Position numbers and translations under genes: made by a program. Below the pieces are notes generated by a model. It was not told the origin of the DNA. It did no database searches and saw only the letters and a program-made list of their open reading frames with translations. This document shows positions 61,966-64,000 of a stretch of 64,000 nt of DNA, piece after piece. The DNA is from Octopus sinensis (Eukaryota), in the NCBI RefSeq assembly GCF_006345805.1, contig NW_021832536.1, positions 1 through 64,000 on the forward strand, written 5' to 3'. How positions within the stretch are numbered: the first letter of the stretch is position 1; each line of letters starts with the position of its first letter.

Positions 61966-63037
61966 GTTTGCCTCCAGGGCCCAACTCTACTATCACCAAA
62001 ACAGATTGATTATCCAATCAGCTGTGCCAAGTTGTCAGCATCCAAACAGCCACGCCCTTCATCTCATTCCAATTCCTAATATATATTACCCTGGTCTTGA
62101 CACCCAACTCCCCCCTCTACCAGTGCCCACCTTTAGCTCCCACTCTCCTTCTCTAATCTTGTGAACTCACCCACCCACCCACTCACCCTCTCCAATCCCC
62201 AGTCCACTACACTATACACACCACCCTGTACCTTAGGTGTACTGCTCTGACCCCCGTCCCTACCTCCCTTACTCCACCATCTTTCTCTCTCTCCCTCCGC
62301 CTCTTTTTCTCTTTTTCTCTCTCCTTCTCCCCCTCTCTGATGTAGTCATGTTTCTCTTCTAATGAAAGACATTTTTCTGTCCTTCAATGCTATCCCCCAC
62401 TCCCTAGTTAAGGGAGCAGGGGATAGCAACTGCAAGTTATTCAGTGACCAAGTGGCGTAGAGCTGGCAGAACCGTTAGCACGCCGGGCGAAATGCGTAGC
62501 CGTATTTCATCTGCCGTGACGTTCTGAGTTCAAATTCCGCCAAGGTCGACTTTGCCTTTCATCCTTTCAGGGTCGATAAATTAAGTACCAGTTACACACT
62601 GGGGTCGATATAATCGACTTAATCCGTTTGTCTTTCCTTGTTTGTCTCCTCTGTGTTTAGCCCCTTGTGGGTAGTAAAGAAATAGGTATTTCGTCTGCCG
62701 CTACGTTCTGAGTTCAAATTCTGCCGAGGTCGACTTTGCCTTTCATCCTTTCGGGGTCGATAAAGTAAGTACCAGTTTCCCACTGGGGTCGATATAATCA
62801 ACTTAATCCGTTTGTCTGACCTTGTTTGTCCCCTCTGTGTTTAGCCCCTTGTGGGTAGTAAAGATACACTTACTGCTGTTGGTGCCACAAAAAAAGCACC
62901 CACTACACTCTGTAAAGTAGTTGGCATTAGGAAGGGCATCCAGCCATAGAAACCATGCCAAAAAAGACAGCAGAGTTTGCTGCTGTCTTCTCTCTTGCCA
63001 GCTCCTGTCAAACTGTCCAACCCAAGGAAAATGGACA

Positions 63038-63266
63038 TTAACCCTTTCGTTACTGTATTTATTTTCAGACCTCTGTGTTTCTTCCAATTATTTTTAATAT
63101 AACAAAGAATTTAGTAAAATAACATTGTTATAATTAAGCTAGTTTAAGGAACATAAATTGTGACTAAGGTTTGGCGGAAGATTTTTAATTCAGAACTTTT
63201 GAAAACCAGACATTTGTACTAAAGAGCCAGAGCCGGTTTCAGCCGGGTTAGTAATGAAAGGGTTAA
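63038..63266. mobile_element. TTAA-flanked piggyBac-like MITE (related partial copy at about 44350-44560)
   Basis: TTAA-CCCTTTC ... GAAAGGG-TTAA. Confidence 0.7.
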
Positions 63267-63407
63267 ATGATGATGATGATGAGCGGTGGCCCGGGCAACG
63301 TATTACACCAAGAGGTGTGTAGAATCCTGGCTGATGTGTGTGTGTGTGTGGATCTTGCCAGTTTGAACATAAAACTGTTGGAATATTTGAGGTGGATTTG
63401 GGCTGGT

Positions 63408-63633
63408 TTAACCCTTTAGTATTTAAACCGGCCATATCCGGCCAAAATAGCTAATCTGTTTTATTTCAAACTGACCAGATCCAGGCTCTCACACCTACCC
63501 TACAATGTTATTCTACATTAAGTAATTACACCATCAAGATCTTGAAGATATGAGATAATGCATGATTAATTCAAATCAATGGGAATCAATAAGCATTATG
63601 TTTGATAGAATAATCTGAACACTAAAGGGTTAA
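63408..63633. mobile_element. TTAA-flanked piggyBac-like MITE
   Basis: TTAA-CCCTTTAG ... CTAAAGGG-TTAA. Confidence 0.7.
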
Positions 63634-64000
63634 ATTCTAAATGGTTAAAACCATACAGCATGTTGAAGCAACCACTGCTTGTACACCTGTCTCCTGTTTA
63701 CCTGAATTGCTAATTATAAATATATCCTGCTACGGAACCTGTCTTCAAGAAGTCCTTCTTTCATAATTTTTCTCTGTTACTCTTCCTTATTCCATCCCTG
63801 AATGCTACCCGTTGTATGACTCTCCCTCCAGGTGTCGGTGTATTTCTTCTTTCTCAAGGTGTTGGCATATTTCTCGTCTTTACCAGTTTTTCCTCTCCCC
63901 TCTGCTTCTCTTTTAATATCTGATTCCAACAGAAACAGAAATCACAATATTACTGGGAAATTGTAGTTGTGATACCTGTGCCGGCGGCACGTAAAAAGCA

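Overview
Eukaryotic, AT-rich, very repeat-dense genomic DNA. The SINE/LINE/MITE content and huge (TA)n tracts suggest a coleoid cephalopod, probably Octopus (inference). Three protein-coding genes were reconstructed by hand from splice signals. (1) A BAG3-like WW-domain gene: first coding exon only, minus strand, 13408-13121. (2) A complete tRNA-splicing endonuclease subunit TSEN2: 9 coding exons, minus strand, 43988-21588, 1206 nt, 401 aa, all intron phases consistent. (3) The first four coding exons of Smoothened, plus strand, 52521-59753, divergent from TSEN2. Most long ORFs in the supplied track are microsatellite or satellite artefacts. The rest is several SINE families, CR1/L2, RTE, Tx1-like and Penelope-like retroelement fragments, Tc1/pogo/maT remnants, a Helitron, MITEs, and a 5.8 kb 26-bp tandem array in TSEN2 intron 1 (not CRISPR). 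Most notable: several hammerhead-ribozyme motifs (one inside a tRNA-headed SINE, one complete one in a Penelope-like element), the zoned satellite apparently born from an RTE 3'UTR motif, long near-perfect foldbacks in TSEN2 introns, and uORFs in front of both BAG3-like and SMO. No database search or folding program was run. Exon coordinates were counted by hand; repeat boundaries are approximate.
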